This document shows, one piece after another, positions 25,899 to 35,261 of a stretch of 64,000 nt of DNA. The stretch is from Chloroflexota bacterium (GTDB lineage: Bacteria; Chloroflexota; Limnocylindria; Limnocylindrales; CSP1-4), in NCBI GenBank assembly GCA_026004015.1, contig BPIH01000001.1:16398-80397 (forward strand). Reading direction: 5' to 3'. Position 1 is the first letter of the stretch; each line of letters starts with the position of its first letter. The notes below the pieces were generated by a model. That model was not told the origin of the DNA. It made no database searches and saw only the letters and a program-made list of their open reading frames with translations. Position numbers and translations under genes: made by a program.

Positions 25899-27100
25899 TG
25901 CGCCTTGATCCCCTCCCAGTCGATGGCCGGGAGTTGCGGGTTCGGGTAGAACTGGTCGGCGTTCGCCTGGTACTCCGTCCTCGGTCGGATGTCCTGGAGC
26001 TTGGGGACGTCCAGACCGCAGGCGATCCGAACCGCGAACTCGGTACCGAACCAGCCCCACTCCGGGAAGCCGTGCCAGGTTTCGGCAATGAGCTTGCCGG
26101 CCCGGATCGCGTCGACCGACTCAGGCGTGCCGTCGTTGGTGAAGATCGAGACCTTGTCGGGAGCCGGCTCGCCCATCCCGTTCGTGTTCAGGATGCCCTG
26201 CCGCTCCGCGGTGAGCATTGCGCCGAGACCCATCTCGTTCGATGCCGCCCACACGAAGTTCAGTTCCGATGGGCTGAACCGCGAGTAGAAATTCTCGGCG
26301 CACGCGATGCCCTTCTGGCGGTTCCAGTCGGCAGCGCACGGCTCGGCGAGGATCTTGATGTTCGGATACTTGCTGATGACCTTGTTGAAGCCGTCGAGAC
26401 GAGCCTGGGAGAAGAAGGTGCCGGCGATGCCCTCGATGATCACCCCGTTGGCCTTCGGGAGGTTCGGATCGACGTCCTTGTAGAGGTTCTCCCACCAGGC
26501 GAGGTCGAGATACTGATCGGGCGTCACGTCGACCTTTTCGCCCAGCCCCAGAACGCCCGGTCCGCCAAACAGGTCGAGGACGGCGTACGCCGACACCTGG
26601 GCGGCCTGCGTATTGTCGAAGCCGATGTACGACGCGATGTCGACCCCGGACTGTTCCTCGAGAAGGTTGACCATGATGACCGGGATGCCGGCCTGGTTCG
26701 CAGCCTGGATCCCGGGCTTCACGGCTTCGGTGTCGGCCGGAGAGATGGCGATGACGTCGACCTTCTGGGAGATGAAGTCCTCGAGGATGGCGAGTTGGTC
26801 GGCGAACGCCGTGTGCGTCGCCGGCGAGCGGCTGACGATTTCCACCTTGAAGCCGTGTTGGTTGGCATCGGCTGCCGCCTTTTCGAAGAAGTCTGTGGCC
26901 GTTTTGAAGACGCCCGTAATGTCCGGCGGCGTCCAGCCGATGACGATCGGCTTCTCCCACCGGCCCCCGGTCGGGGCGCTCGCTGGGGTGGAGGGCGACG
27001 TGCCGGGCGTCGGGCTGCCTTCCGGTGACGGACTGGCGCCTGTCCCGCAGGCGGCGCCGACGAGGGCGATGATCAGGCCGAAGGCGACGAGTCTCCTCAT
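25889..27100 (-). CDS. ABC sugar-binding lipoprotein (periplasmic-binding-protein type I)
   Basis: GAGGAGGA RBS. Lipobox MRRLVAFGLIIALVGAAC, a Pro/Ser/Thr linker, then a PBP fold (VIGWTPPDITG...AISPAD...VIMVN...GFDN). Confidence 0.85.
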   Translation of the reverse strand: MRRLVAFGLIIALVGAACGTGASPSPEGSPTPGTSPSTPASAPTGGRWEKPIVIGWTPPDITGVFKTATDFFEKAAADANQHGFKVEIVSRSPATHTAFADQLAILEDFISQKVDVIAISPADTEAVKPGIQAANQAGIPVIMVNLLEEQSGVDIASYIGFDNTQAAQVSAYAVLDLFGGPGVLGLGEKVDVTPDQYLDLAWWENLYKDVDPNLPKANGVIIEGIAGTFFSQARLDGFNKVISKYPNIKILAEPCAADWNRQKGIACAENFYSRFSPSELNFVWAASNEMGLGAMLTAERQGILNTNGMGEPAPDKVSIFTNDGTPESVDAIRAGKLIAETWHGFPEWGWFGTEFAVRIACGLDVPKLQDIRPRTEYQANADQFYPNPQLPAIDWEGIKAQCQ

Positions 27101-27214
27101 GATGTCCTCCTCTTGCTCTCGATCCGGGGCGCTGACGAGATGACGGTGAAGCGAGATCACGGCGTGGCGAGCGCGTTCGTTCTTTCCAGCAGGCACCTCC
27201 TCCGATGATTGGGC

Positions 27215-27991
27215 CTAGACGACCGTGTAACCGCCGTCGACGACGAGCTCGGTGCCGTTCAGGTAATCGACCGCATCCGAGGCGGCAAAGACGATGGCGG
27301 CTGCAATCTCCTCGACCCTCCCCAGGCGACGGGCGGGGCGGCGCTCGGCGAGCATGCGCTCGTGAGCAGCCGGGTCGGGAGCGGATGCGATCGCCTGCTC
27401 GACGAGGGGTGTCCGGGTCGTGCCCGGGCACACGGATACCGCTCTGATGCCTCGGGCCGCGTAGTCAGCCGCGATGGAGCGGGTGAGCATGATGAGGCCG
27501 GCCTTCGAGATGTTGTAGGCCGGCTGACCGGGCACCGCCACGAGGCCTGCCTCACTCGCGACGTTGATGATCGTTCCCCTGCCCTGTTCGAGCATGACCC
27601 TGAGGGCCGCCCGCGCGAGCGCAACGGGAGCTCGCAAGTTGACGGCCATGAGGTGGTCGAAGCGAGTCATGTCGAGCTCGTCGAGAGGGGCCAGAAAGTG
27701 GATGCCCGCGTTGTTGACGAGGAGATCGAGGCGCCCAGTCTCTTGGCGGCAGGCCTCGACGAGCTGCTCTGGCACCCCGGCCTCGGTGACGTCTGCCTGG
27801 ACGAAGCGCCCTCCCGTGCGCGGCCGAAGCACCGCCTCGACGGCCGCGCCGCGGTCGGCGTCCAGGCCCACTGCGAGGACCCACCAGCCGCCGTCGGACA
27901 AGGCGATGGCGGTCGCTCGCCCGATCCCGCTCGTCGCGCCGGTGACGAGGGCAGTCCGACGTTCCGTCTGCGGATCCAGCGCCCTGTCCAT
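27215..27991 (-). CDS. Short-chain dehydrogenase/reductase (SDR)
   Basis: TGATSGIGRA, NNAG and YNISKAG (YxxxK). ATG 27991 is preferred over 28033 because it avoids overlap with the GntR gene. Confidence 0.9.
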   Translation of the reverse strand: MDRALDPQTERRTALVTGATSGIGRATAIALSDGGWWVLAVGLDADRGAAVEAVLRPRTGGRFVQADVTEAGVPEQLVEACRQETGRLDLLVNNAGIHFLAPLDELDMTRFDHLMAVNLRAPVALARAALRVMLEQGRGTIINVASEAGLVAVPGQPAYNISKAGLIMLTRSIAADYAARGIRAVSVCPGTTRTPLVEQAIASAPDPAAHERMLAERRPARRLGRVEEIAAAIVFAASDAVDYLNGTELVVDGGYTVV

Positions 27992-27998
27992 GTCCGCC

Positions 27999-28808
27999 TC
28001 AGACGCCCAGACGAAGGACGCTTCGATCGACACCCGCCCGGGCGGCGAGATCCTGGTGAAGGACCTGGACCTCGATCTTCGTCCGGTCCGCCCGATGCCA
28101 GGCTCGGTAGAACTCGAAGAGTTCGCCGGACTCCTCCCACGCCACCGACTCGACGTAAAGGAGGGGCGCGCCGACGTCGACTTCGAGCAGCGTCGCCAGG
28201 TCGCCCTCGGCTACGACCGCTTCGACGACGCGCCGCCCGCCAGCGACCCGCAGCCCCGCCTCGGCAGCCAGGGCGCGATAGAGCGACCCCGTCTCGAGCT
28301 CTGCCGCCAGGACAACCGGGGCCAGGCGTTCCACGAGGTAGCTGACGACGTACATGACGACGCGGTCGTCGACCCAGCGGAGACGCTCGAGGACGACCCC
28401 CGGCGTGCCAGAGGGCAGGTGGAGCGCGGCGGACGCGAACGACGGCAGCTCGGCGACCTCGCGCCGAAGGATCTTCGACCGGACCTCGTGGCCCTTGCGG
28501 GCCGCTTCGTCGAAGAAGCCGTGTGATGACTGGAGGAGCCATAGCTCGGGTGAGGCGTGGGCAACGAACGTCCCGCGACCCTTCTCGCGACGGATGACCC
28601 CCTCGCTCTCGAGTTCCGCCAGCGCCTGTCGAACCGTCGTTCGAGAGAGATCGAAGTGGTGGCAGATCTCCGGCTCCGAGGGGAACCGGTCGCCTGGCTG
28701 CCACCGGCCCGAGGCAATCTCCTGCTCGAGAATCTTCTTCAGCTGGAAGTAGAACGGCACCGGGGAGGTGCGGTCGATGCGGGCGGGAGGAAAAGGAGTC
28801 GATGTCAT
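27999..28808 (-). CDS. GntR/HutC-family transcriptional regulator (wHTH + UTRA)
   Basis: PSEPEICHHFDLSRTTVRQALAELESEGVIRREKGRGTFV followed by a UTRA-like effector domain. ATG 28808 (MTSTPFPP). Confidence 0.9.
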   Translation of the reverse strand: MTSTPFPPARIDRTSPVPFYFQLKKILEQEIASGRWQPGDRFPSEPEICHHFDLSRTTVRQALAELESEGVIRREKGRGTFVAHASPELWLLQSSHGFFDEAARKGHEVRSKILRREVAELPSFASAALHLPSGTPGVVLERLRWVDDRVVMYVVSYLVERLAPVVLAAELETGSLYRALAAEAGLRVAGGRRVVEAVVAEGDLATLLEVDVGAPLLYVESVAWEESGELFEFYRAWHRADRTKIEVQVLHQDLAARAGVDRSVLRLGV

Positions 28809-28811
28809 AGC

Positions 28812-28857
28812 TTGTCCGTACAGGATGACTTTATGACGTACAGAGATCACTTGTCAA
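28812..28857 (-). promoter_or_regulatory. Candidate GntR promoter with direct-repeat operator
   Basis: Read on the minus strand: TTGACA (28857-28852), an 18-nt spacer, then TAAAGT. Two CTGTACG repeats lie 20 nt apart (plus-strand CGTACAG at 28817-28823 and 28837-28843), bracketing the -10 region in an unusually AT-rich patch. Confidence 0.35.
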
Positions 28858-29809
28858 GGGGGTTCGGCTTGGAACCGAAGGGCCACGGAGGGGCTCCGCG
28901 GCGCTGGCAAGCTCCGCGAGACGCTCTGGGCCGACGTCGAGCTGGAAGACCTCGGCGATGTGGGCCGACCAGCCAAGCAGGAAGTAGCGCCAGCCGTCGA
29001 CCGACGGTGAGGCCGCGGGCGCTCCGCCTGGCGGCGCGCTTGCTCGAGGAAGCGAAGCTCGCCCCGGTAGTTGAAGTCCCAGACGATCGCTCGTTCGGGG
29101 AAGCGGGCGGCATCGGTGATCGGCGAGCCCGGCCGGTCCTTGCCGAGGCCCGTCGCGTTGACGACGACCGAACCCGGCGGGCAGGCGGCGAGGAGGGCGT
29201 CGGTGTCCTCGGGTCCTCGACGGCTCGGTACTCGACCGGCACCGTGACCCGATCCGGCGGTGGATGCTCGCGGAGCACGTCGAGCCGCTCCGGCGAGCGG
29301 TTCGTCACGACGATCCGGCCGGCGGTGGCCTCGAGCGGAGGAGCCGCGAGAGTGAAGGCCGTCCCAGAGCCGCCGGCCCCGAGGCACAGGACCTCGCGCC
29401 TCGGGTGGCGGGCGAAGTAGTCCGCGCCGGCGACTCGACGAAGGCCTGCCACGAGGTGATCGGGTCCTTCGCCCAGCCGAGGAGGCGACCGTCGCGCTTC
29501 GCGAGGCAGGAGACCTCGCCGACAGAGCTCGCCCAGCGTCGACCTCGTCGAGGAGATCCGGGCGTGCGGACGATCGAGACCTTGTGGGTCGTCACGAGGG
29601 CCCCGCGCGCCGCCGGGTCGGCTGCGGATCTCCTCGACGACGGCCCGAAAGGCGCCGGCTCGGCGCCGAGGGCGATGTCGCGACCGACGAGCTCGGCGTC
29701 GAGGCCGAGGGTCGGTCGCCCAGCGCGGGAAGATCCGGTGGATCGACGAGCCGCCCGTTGCGACGCCGATGAAGTACATCCGCCCGGAGCGGGCCGTCCC
29801 GTCAGGCAT
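28831..29809 (-). pseudogene. Shikimate/quinate dehydrogenase-family gene, heavily frame-scrambled
   Basis: SDH-like segments occur in alternating frames: MYFIGVATGGSSIHRIFPRWA | LGLDAELVGRDIALGAEPA | FRAVVEEIRS | DPAARGALVTTHKVSIV | DLLDEVDA | VGEVSCLAKRDGRLLGWAKDPITSW | EVLCLGAGGSGTAF...IVVTNRSPERL | VVVNATGLGK...IVWDFNYRGELRFLEQA | VDGWRYFLLGWSAHIAEVF. That is at least 7 frame switches. ATG 29809 lies in an ATGCCTGA overlap with the upstream stop. Confidence 0.75.
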
Positions 29810-31164
29810 CGGCCCGCAGCTCCAGGATCGCGCCGGCGGCCGGAGGCGGTCGCGGAGGCTGCGGCACCGGCACGTCCCGCGGGTCGCGGCCGGCCGCGGC
29901 GGCGAGGGCGGCCGCCGTCCCGGCTGCCTGTCCCATCGCCATGCACTGGGCCATGCTCCGGACCGAGGCGTGGGCGTCGTGGGTGGCGCTGAAGCAGCGC
30001 CCGGCGACGAGGACGTTCGCGGCGTCGCGGACGAGGAGCGTTCGGTACGGGATCCCGACAGCCTGGCCCTCCGGCAGGTACTGCCAGCGGGTGTCGGGCC
30101 CCGCCCGGTGGTCCTCGATCGGGGCCCCGCAGAGCCCGATCTGGTCGTCGAACTGGCGGGCCGAGAGGACGTCCTCGCGGGTCAGTCGGTAGTCGCCGTA
30201 GACGCGGCGGGTCTCCCGGATCCCGATCTGCGTCCCGAGGGCGACGAGGGCCGCCCGCTCGTAGCCGTCGACGCAGTCGACGAGGAAGCGGGCGTACTCG
30301 AGGGCCTGGCGGCGCCCGGCGATCTCGGCGGCGGTGAGGAAGTCGGGGTCGGTGATGTTGACGATCCGACCGTCCGGCTCCCGGCGGTACGACTCGAGGC
30401 GGGTCATGATCGTCGCCGTGACGCCCTCGATGGGGGTGACGTGGTCGGAGCCCTCCCGGCGCGGCAGGTCGTAGCGGCCGGAGGCCGCCGCCTCGGTCAT
30501 CCGTCGGACGAGCTCGGCTCGCGGGAGGGCGCGGCGCCGGGCGAGATCGACGTTCGCCATCCGGAAGGTCGTCGTCAGGGTCTGGGCCGGCTCGACTTCG
30601 CCCGCCGTCTCGAAACCGAAGCCGGCGTAGGCGGTGAGGTCGGCGTCGCCCGAGGCGTCGATGAAGACCCGGCCCTCGATCCGCCGGAGGCCGGCCTTCG
30701 TCGCCACGGCGATCGCTTCGACCCGGCCGTCCCGGACGAGGACGCCCTGGAGCGTGGCGTGGAGGAGGATCCGGACCCCGGCCTCGCCGACGAGTCGCTC
30801 CCAGACGACCTTGAGGTGCTCGGGGTGGTAGGTGACCCCGGTCCCGGCGCCGTACGTGTTCGGCCGCTCGACGACCGGTCCGAGACCGCGGAGCTCGGCG
30901 ACGACCTCGTCCCCGAGCCCCCCGACGACCTTCCGGGGTCGTTCGCCGGGGGTCCAGAAGCCGTAGAAGGTGTCGAGGACGGCGGTCGACGTCCCGCCGA
31001 GGAAGGGGAGCTTCTCGACGAGGATGACCGTGGCGCCGTTTCGGGCGGCGGCGACGGCGGCCGTCGAACCGGCCGAACCCGAGCCGACGACGACGACGTC
31101 CGCCCCGGCCGAGGAGCGGGAGGCGGGTGACGACGTCGGGGTCGAGGTTCGTCGGGGCGGTCAT
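29802..31164 (-). CDS. FAD-dependent oxidoreductase (FAD_oxidored/GIDA-like family), one apparent frameshift
   Basis: ATG 31164 (ATGA overlap with the GntR stop) gives MTAPTNLDPDVV.... After a shift near 31090-31100 comes DVVVVGSGSAGSTAAVAAARNGATVILVEK (dinucleotide fold), which has no start codon of its own and continues into listed ORF 29802-30707 (...GRCFSATHDAHASVRSMAQCMAMGQAAG). Confidence 0.8.
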
Positions 31165-32109
31165 CGGCGGCCGTTTCGGCGCGGTATCGGGGCGGGGGCC
31201 CCCGACGGGTCGATCGCCGGCCGCTCGTCGGCCGTCTCCCCGCCGAGGGCCGCCACGAGGACGCTCGGGGCGCTGATCCGCTCGAGCCAGCCGGCGGGGA
31301 CCTGACTCGTCGCCCGGTCGAGCCAGCCGTCGGCGGTCCGGGTCAGGAGGATCCGGCAGCGATCGCCGCGGAGGAGGGCGTCGTTCGTCTCGATCGGGCG
31401 CCCGGCGTCGTCGACGGTGAGGCGGACGATCCGGAGCGCGGGTGCCCGCCGGGGCAGTCCGAGGACCGCCGCTTCCCGGGCCCGGCAGACGACCGGCTCG
31501 AGCGATTCGCGGGCCAGGGTCGGCCGGGCGCCGTAGTCCTCGGCAAGGATCGCGTAGAGCGAGCGCGCCTCGAAGTCCTTCGTCTCCAGACCCGGAAAGC
31601 GGTCGAGGGGGAGGTGGGCGCGTTCGAGCATGAGCGGCTCCCCGTCGAGGAGGCGGAGGCGCTCGAGGCGGAGGACGCGGTCGCCCGGTCGGCAGCCGAG
31701 GTCGGCGGCGACGTGCCCACCGGCCTCGACTGCCGCGACCGCGAGGACGCGGGTCCGGAGCTCGCGCCCGCGCCGGAGGAGGGCGGCGCTCAGGCTGAAC
31801 GACTCCGTGGCATCCGCGTCGAAGCGCGGTCGGGTGACGAAGGTCCCGCGACCCTGATGGCGGGTGATCAGGCCCGCGGGCCTCGAGCTCGGCGAGGGCC
31901 TGGCGGAGGGTCGTCCGGCTGACGCCGAGGCGCTCGCAGAGGACGCGCTCCGGCGGGAGGCGCTGGCCGGGCTGCCACTCACCGGCGGCGATGAGGGCTG
32001 CCGCCCGGGTCGCGATCTGGGAGTAGATGGGTTCCTTCGCCACGGTCGTGTCCAGGAGGGCGAGGTTGAAGGCGCGGGCACATCCCCGAGCCATCTCGCG
32101 ATGTCCCAA
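31161..32109 (-). CDS. GntR/HutC-family regulator, one apparent frameshift
   Basis: The wHTH (LPPERVLCERLGVSRTTLRQALAELEARG) lies in the frame of listed ORF 29305-32109. LITRHQGRGTFV plus the UTRA domain lie in the frame of ORF 31161-32150. The shift is near 31868-31875. Confidence 0.8.
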
Positions 32110-32243
32110 ACCCTAGCACGGATTGGTCTGGTTGGTATCTTCATGGCCATCAGCCTCCGTCGGAGGTCAGCGTTCCGTCCCCGGGGTCAATCGGCGGTGT
32201 CGCGACCCCGGGGGATGGGTACCTGAAGTAACGGCACTTGGGA

Positions 32244-32269
32244 TTGACAAAGGAGAGGAGAGAGAGACT
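32244..32269 (+). promoter_or_regulatory. Promoter-like element with GA-rich spacer (GA-promoter 2)
   Basis: GGGA-TTGACA (32244-32249), AAGGAGAGGAGAGA, then GAGACT (32264-32269). The spacer is only 14 nt. It lies 60 nt upstream of the S8 peptidase ATG. Confidence 0.35.
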
Positions 32270-32328
32270 GGGCTTGTGCCCGCAACCGCTCAGCGTGAAG
32301 CGTTCGGGGTGTTGCCGGAGGGGACGAC

Positions 32329-34386
32329 ATGAGCGCTCGACATACGCCTCCCGCGTCTGGACCCGGGGCCACGCCCGGGAGGCTGAAGTGGTTGGTCGTG
32401 CTCGTCGCTGGACAGTTGTTGGTTACGCTGTTGTCCTCAGGGGCGGCAGCCGAAGGCGAGCAAGCGTCGCCGCGGTTGGCGCTGGCGGACGCCCGGCAAT
32501 ACCTCGTCGAGCACTTCGGCGGGCGACCAACGGACTACGAGCTCCTCGCGGAGCGAGAGACGATCGCCGGGACGATGCCGATGTGGAGCGGCAAGTTCGT
32601 CGACGCCCGGACGGGCGAGGTCCGGCTCGTCTACCGAGATGCTGCTGGAGTCGTTGGGGGGCCGGAACTCCGCCAGGTGCGCATCGCGGCGCACCTGGAT
32701 GCACTCGCGCCCCTGGAGCGAAAGGCTTCACCCGCCCTCCTGCAAGCCGCAACGGCGGCAGTCTCTCAGGCAGACCTTCTTCCGGTGGCCGTCTGGATGG
32801 ACGTCGACACGAGCGAGGCGGTCGCGGCGGTCAAGGCTGCCCATCCGCAGGTCGAATGGATCGGCGACCGACCAAACTCGAGTGACCCAGCCACCCAACG
32901 GGCCCTTCGGCGCGGGCTCGAGGACGCGCGCGCTCAGGCCTATCGGCAGGCAGCGGCCGAGATCGCGGCGATCGTCGCGCGCCATGGCGGAACGCTCGGG
33001 TATGTGAGTCTCCTCGCCCCGCTCGTCTACGTCGATACGCCGGCGACAGCGCTCGATGATCTCGCTGGTCTCGACCGCGTGCGGAGCCTCGGCCTCGAAA
33101 GCACATCGTGGGTCGACAGCCTCTCGTCGGCGGGCCCGTACGTGTCGGCGGATTGGCACACTGGTAGCCTCGATCAGGGAACGGGCGTCCGGGTCGCGGT
33201 CGTTGAGTACTACAACGTCCGGGCAACGGGCGATCTGGCGGGGAAGGTCGCCGCCTTCCACTCGGAGTCCGGCTCGACGACGTACACTCCCTCGGGATCG
33301 TTCGACCATCCAACGTGGGTCGCGGGGGCGATTGCGAGCCAGAATTCGACGTACACGGGGATCGCGCCCGGAGCCGTCATCGTCTCGAGCGGCACCGGCG
33401 GCGGGAGCGCAGGGCTCACTCGGGATCGGAACGTAATCGCCGCTGCCGACTGGGCGGCAACGACCGGTGACGCCGACATCATCAACCTTAGCGTCAACAT
33501 GGACAACGCCACCGGCTGGGAGGAGGCGCGTGCGTACTTCGATGCCATCAGCGGCGGCGAGACCTTCCGGACCGTCGTCGCGTCGTCGGGGAACTACGGC
33601 ACGGGCGCCTACAACAGGGAGTGGTGGGTGAGCTCCCCGGGAGTCGGGTGGAACGTGCTCACCGTCGGCGGGGTCAACGACGGCACGAACAGGCTCTGGT
33701 ACGACAACGACCCGGCCTACGGTGCTCTCTGGGATGAGAACGCAGGCTGGTCCTTCAATCCCCACAACGACTTCAACAAGCCGAACGTCTCGGCTCCGGC
33801 GGTGAACGTCCGAACGGCGAACGGGCTGAGCGCGACCGGGACGAGTGCCGCTGCCCCGATCGTGTCGGGCATCGCTGCGCAGCTCTTCGCTCGCGATCCG
33901 GCAACCTTCTCAGTCTGGCCCGAAGCGATGCGGGCGATCATCATGGCCGGGGCGAACCGGCGCGTCCCCCTGGCCACGACGGGTCGGATCGACCCGGACC
34001 ACGAGGGCGTCGGGACGGTCAATGCCCTATGGTCGCATCGGATCTTCGTCCGGGGTGCGTACGGCGGTTGGGCGAAGGGGACGATGACCTCGACCACGAG
34101 CGTCAGTCAGAGCTTCGAGGTCGCCGCAGGCCAGCAGGTTCGGATCGTCCTCGCCTGGGACAGCCATACGTCCGGTCCCATGTTCGACAAGACGGATACG
34201 CTGACCGCGGACCTCGATCTCTCGGTTCAGTACCCGGGCGGGACGGCGTTCTCTTCATCCTGGGACAACAACTACGAGTTCGTCGGCTTCACGGCTCCGA
34301 GCTCCGGGACGGTGACGGTGAACGTCGCCAAGTTCCGCTTCGACGCGCCGAGCGAGTACTGGGCCCTGGCCTGGCTCAAGTGGTGA
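32329..34386 (+). CDS. Secreted subtilisin-like (S8) serine peptidase with long pro-region and C-terminal beta-domain
   Basis: GGAGGGGA RBS and signal peptide. His box DHPTWVAGAIAS, Asn box VVASSGNYG, Ser box ATGTSAAAPIVSGIAAQL. The expected Asp box reads GVRVAVVEYYN (Glu at 33205-33207). Confidence 0.85.
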   Translation: MSARHTPPASGPGATPGRLKWLVVLVAGQLLVTLLSSGAAAEGEQASPRLALADARQYLVEHFGGRPTDYELLAERETIAGTMPMWSGKFVDARTGEVRLVYRDAAGVVGGPELRQVRIAAHLDALAPLERKASPALLQAATAAVSQADLLPVAVWMDVDTSEAVAAVKAAHPQVEWIGDRPNSSDPATQRALRRGLEDARAQAYRQAAAEIAAIVARHGGTLGYVSLLAPLVYVDTPATALDDLAGLDRVRSLGLESTSWVDSLSSAGPYVSADWHTGSLDQGTGVRVAVVEYYNVRATGDLAGKVAAFHSESGSTTYTPSGSFDHPTWVAGAIASQNSTYTGIAPGAVIVSSGTGGGSAGLTRDRNVIAAADWAATTGDADIINLSVNMDNATGWEEARAYFDAISGGETFRTVVASSGNYGTGAYNREWWVSSPGVGWNVLTVGGVNDGTNRLWYDNDPAYGALWDENAGWSFNPHNDFNKPNVSAPAVNVRTANGLSATGTSAAAPIVSGIAAQLFARDPATFSVWPEAMRAIIMAGANRRVPLATTGRIDPDHEGVGTVNALWSHRIFVRGAYGGWAKGTMTSTTSVSQSFEVAAGQQVRIVLAWDSHTSGPMFDKTDTLTADLDLSVQYPGGTAFSSSWDNNYEFVGFTAPSSGTVTVNVAKFRFDAPSEYWALAWLKW

Positions 34387-35120
34387 GACGCAGCGCCCTC
34401 CTCTGCCTCCTCGTCCTCCTTGCTGCCTGCGCGCCGCTCGAGCGGACCCCAGCCGAGCCGACCCCGAAGCGGCCGTTTCCGGTCGTGACACCCATCCGCT
34501 CGCCCGAGCCGATCCGGACCGTCGCTCCGACCGGCCACGGGCGGCCGTACACGGCCGAGATGATCGCCGTTGTCCTCCGGGAGAGGGTCTCGTACAACTT
34601 CCCGTCGGTCCTCCAGACACCTTGGCTGGCCGAGGTCCTGGCCGACCGGATCTGGACGTACGACGGCCTCCCGTACCGTGAGCTCTTGATCGACGGTCAC
34701 TGCACCGAGTCACGCCCCTACTGGTGCGAGCTTTCGGTCCAGGGGCTCCCCGGATTCGCCACGAGCCGCGACGAGACAGACGTCTACTTCTTCCCGGATG
34801 TCCGACCCGCCGAGGGCTTCATCAAGGAATCCCGTCAGGTCGCCTTGGGCGGCCTTCCATCCACCCTCGTCCCCGAGCTCGACGCCCTCGTTCGGTCGCT
34901 GGACACGGAGGGCCGGCTGAACGTGTTCGCCCTGGTCGCCGCCAGCTGGGCCCTTCCGCCACCCGACGATGGCTACATCCTCACCTACCGGAGGGGCGAC
35001 CTCGAGGCGGCGACGCTTATTGACGTCACGGTCGACCGGAGGGACCGGACGATCCTGTCGATGGTCATCACCCAGTGCGGCGACATGCCGAACTGCACCG
35101 AAGGGCCCGTCGCCCCGTGA
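34383..35120 (+). CDS. Lipoprotein of unknown function, translationally coupled to the S8 peptidase
   Basis: GTG 34383 overlaps the S8 stop (TGGTGA). Lipobox VRRSALLCLLVLLAAC. About 230 aa with no recognised domain. Confidence 0.65.
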   Translation: MRRSALLCLLVLLAACAPLERTPAEPTPKRPFPVVTPIRSPEPIRTVAPTGHGRPYTAEMIAVVLRERVSYNFPSVLQTPWLAEVLADRIWTYDGLPYRELLIDGHCTESRPYWCELSVQGLPGFATSRDETDVYFFPDVRPAEGFIKESRQVALGGLPSTLVPELDALVRSLDTEGRLNVFALVAASWALPPPDDGYILTYRRGDLEAATLIDVTVDRRDRTILSMVITQCGDMPNCTEGPVAP

Positions 35121-35261
35121 CGCCCCAAGGCCGACGACCGACGTCGTCAGTTCGCGGCCAACGGTGCGGAGGAGTCGTGCCTGCGCCCGCAGCCGCGGTC
35201 ACTCTGTCGTGCAGGGGGGAACGGCGCCACGGGGAACCGTTCCAGCGGCGACACTCTTCGT

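Noticed and set aside
29305-32109. 934-aa minus-strand ORF
   Set aside because: It is a chimera. Only its first ~80 residues (GntR wHTH) and short internal or terminal stretches (FAD enzyme N-terminus, SDH-like pieces) make sense. The rest is Arg/Pro-rich off-frame sequence linking three frameshifted genes.
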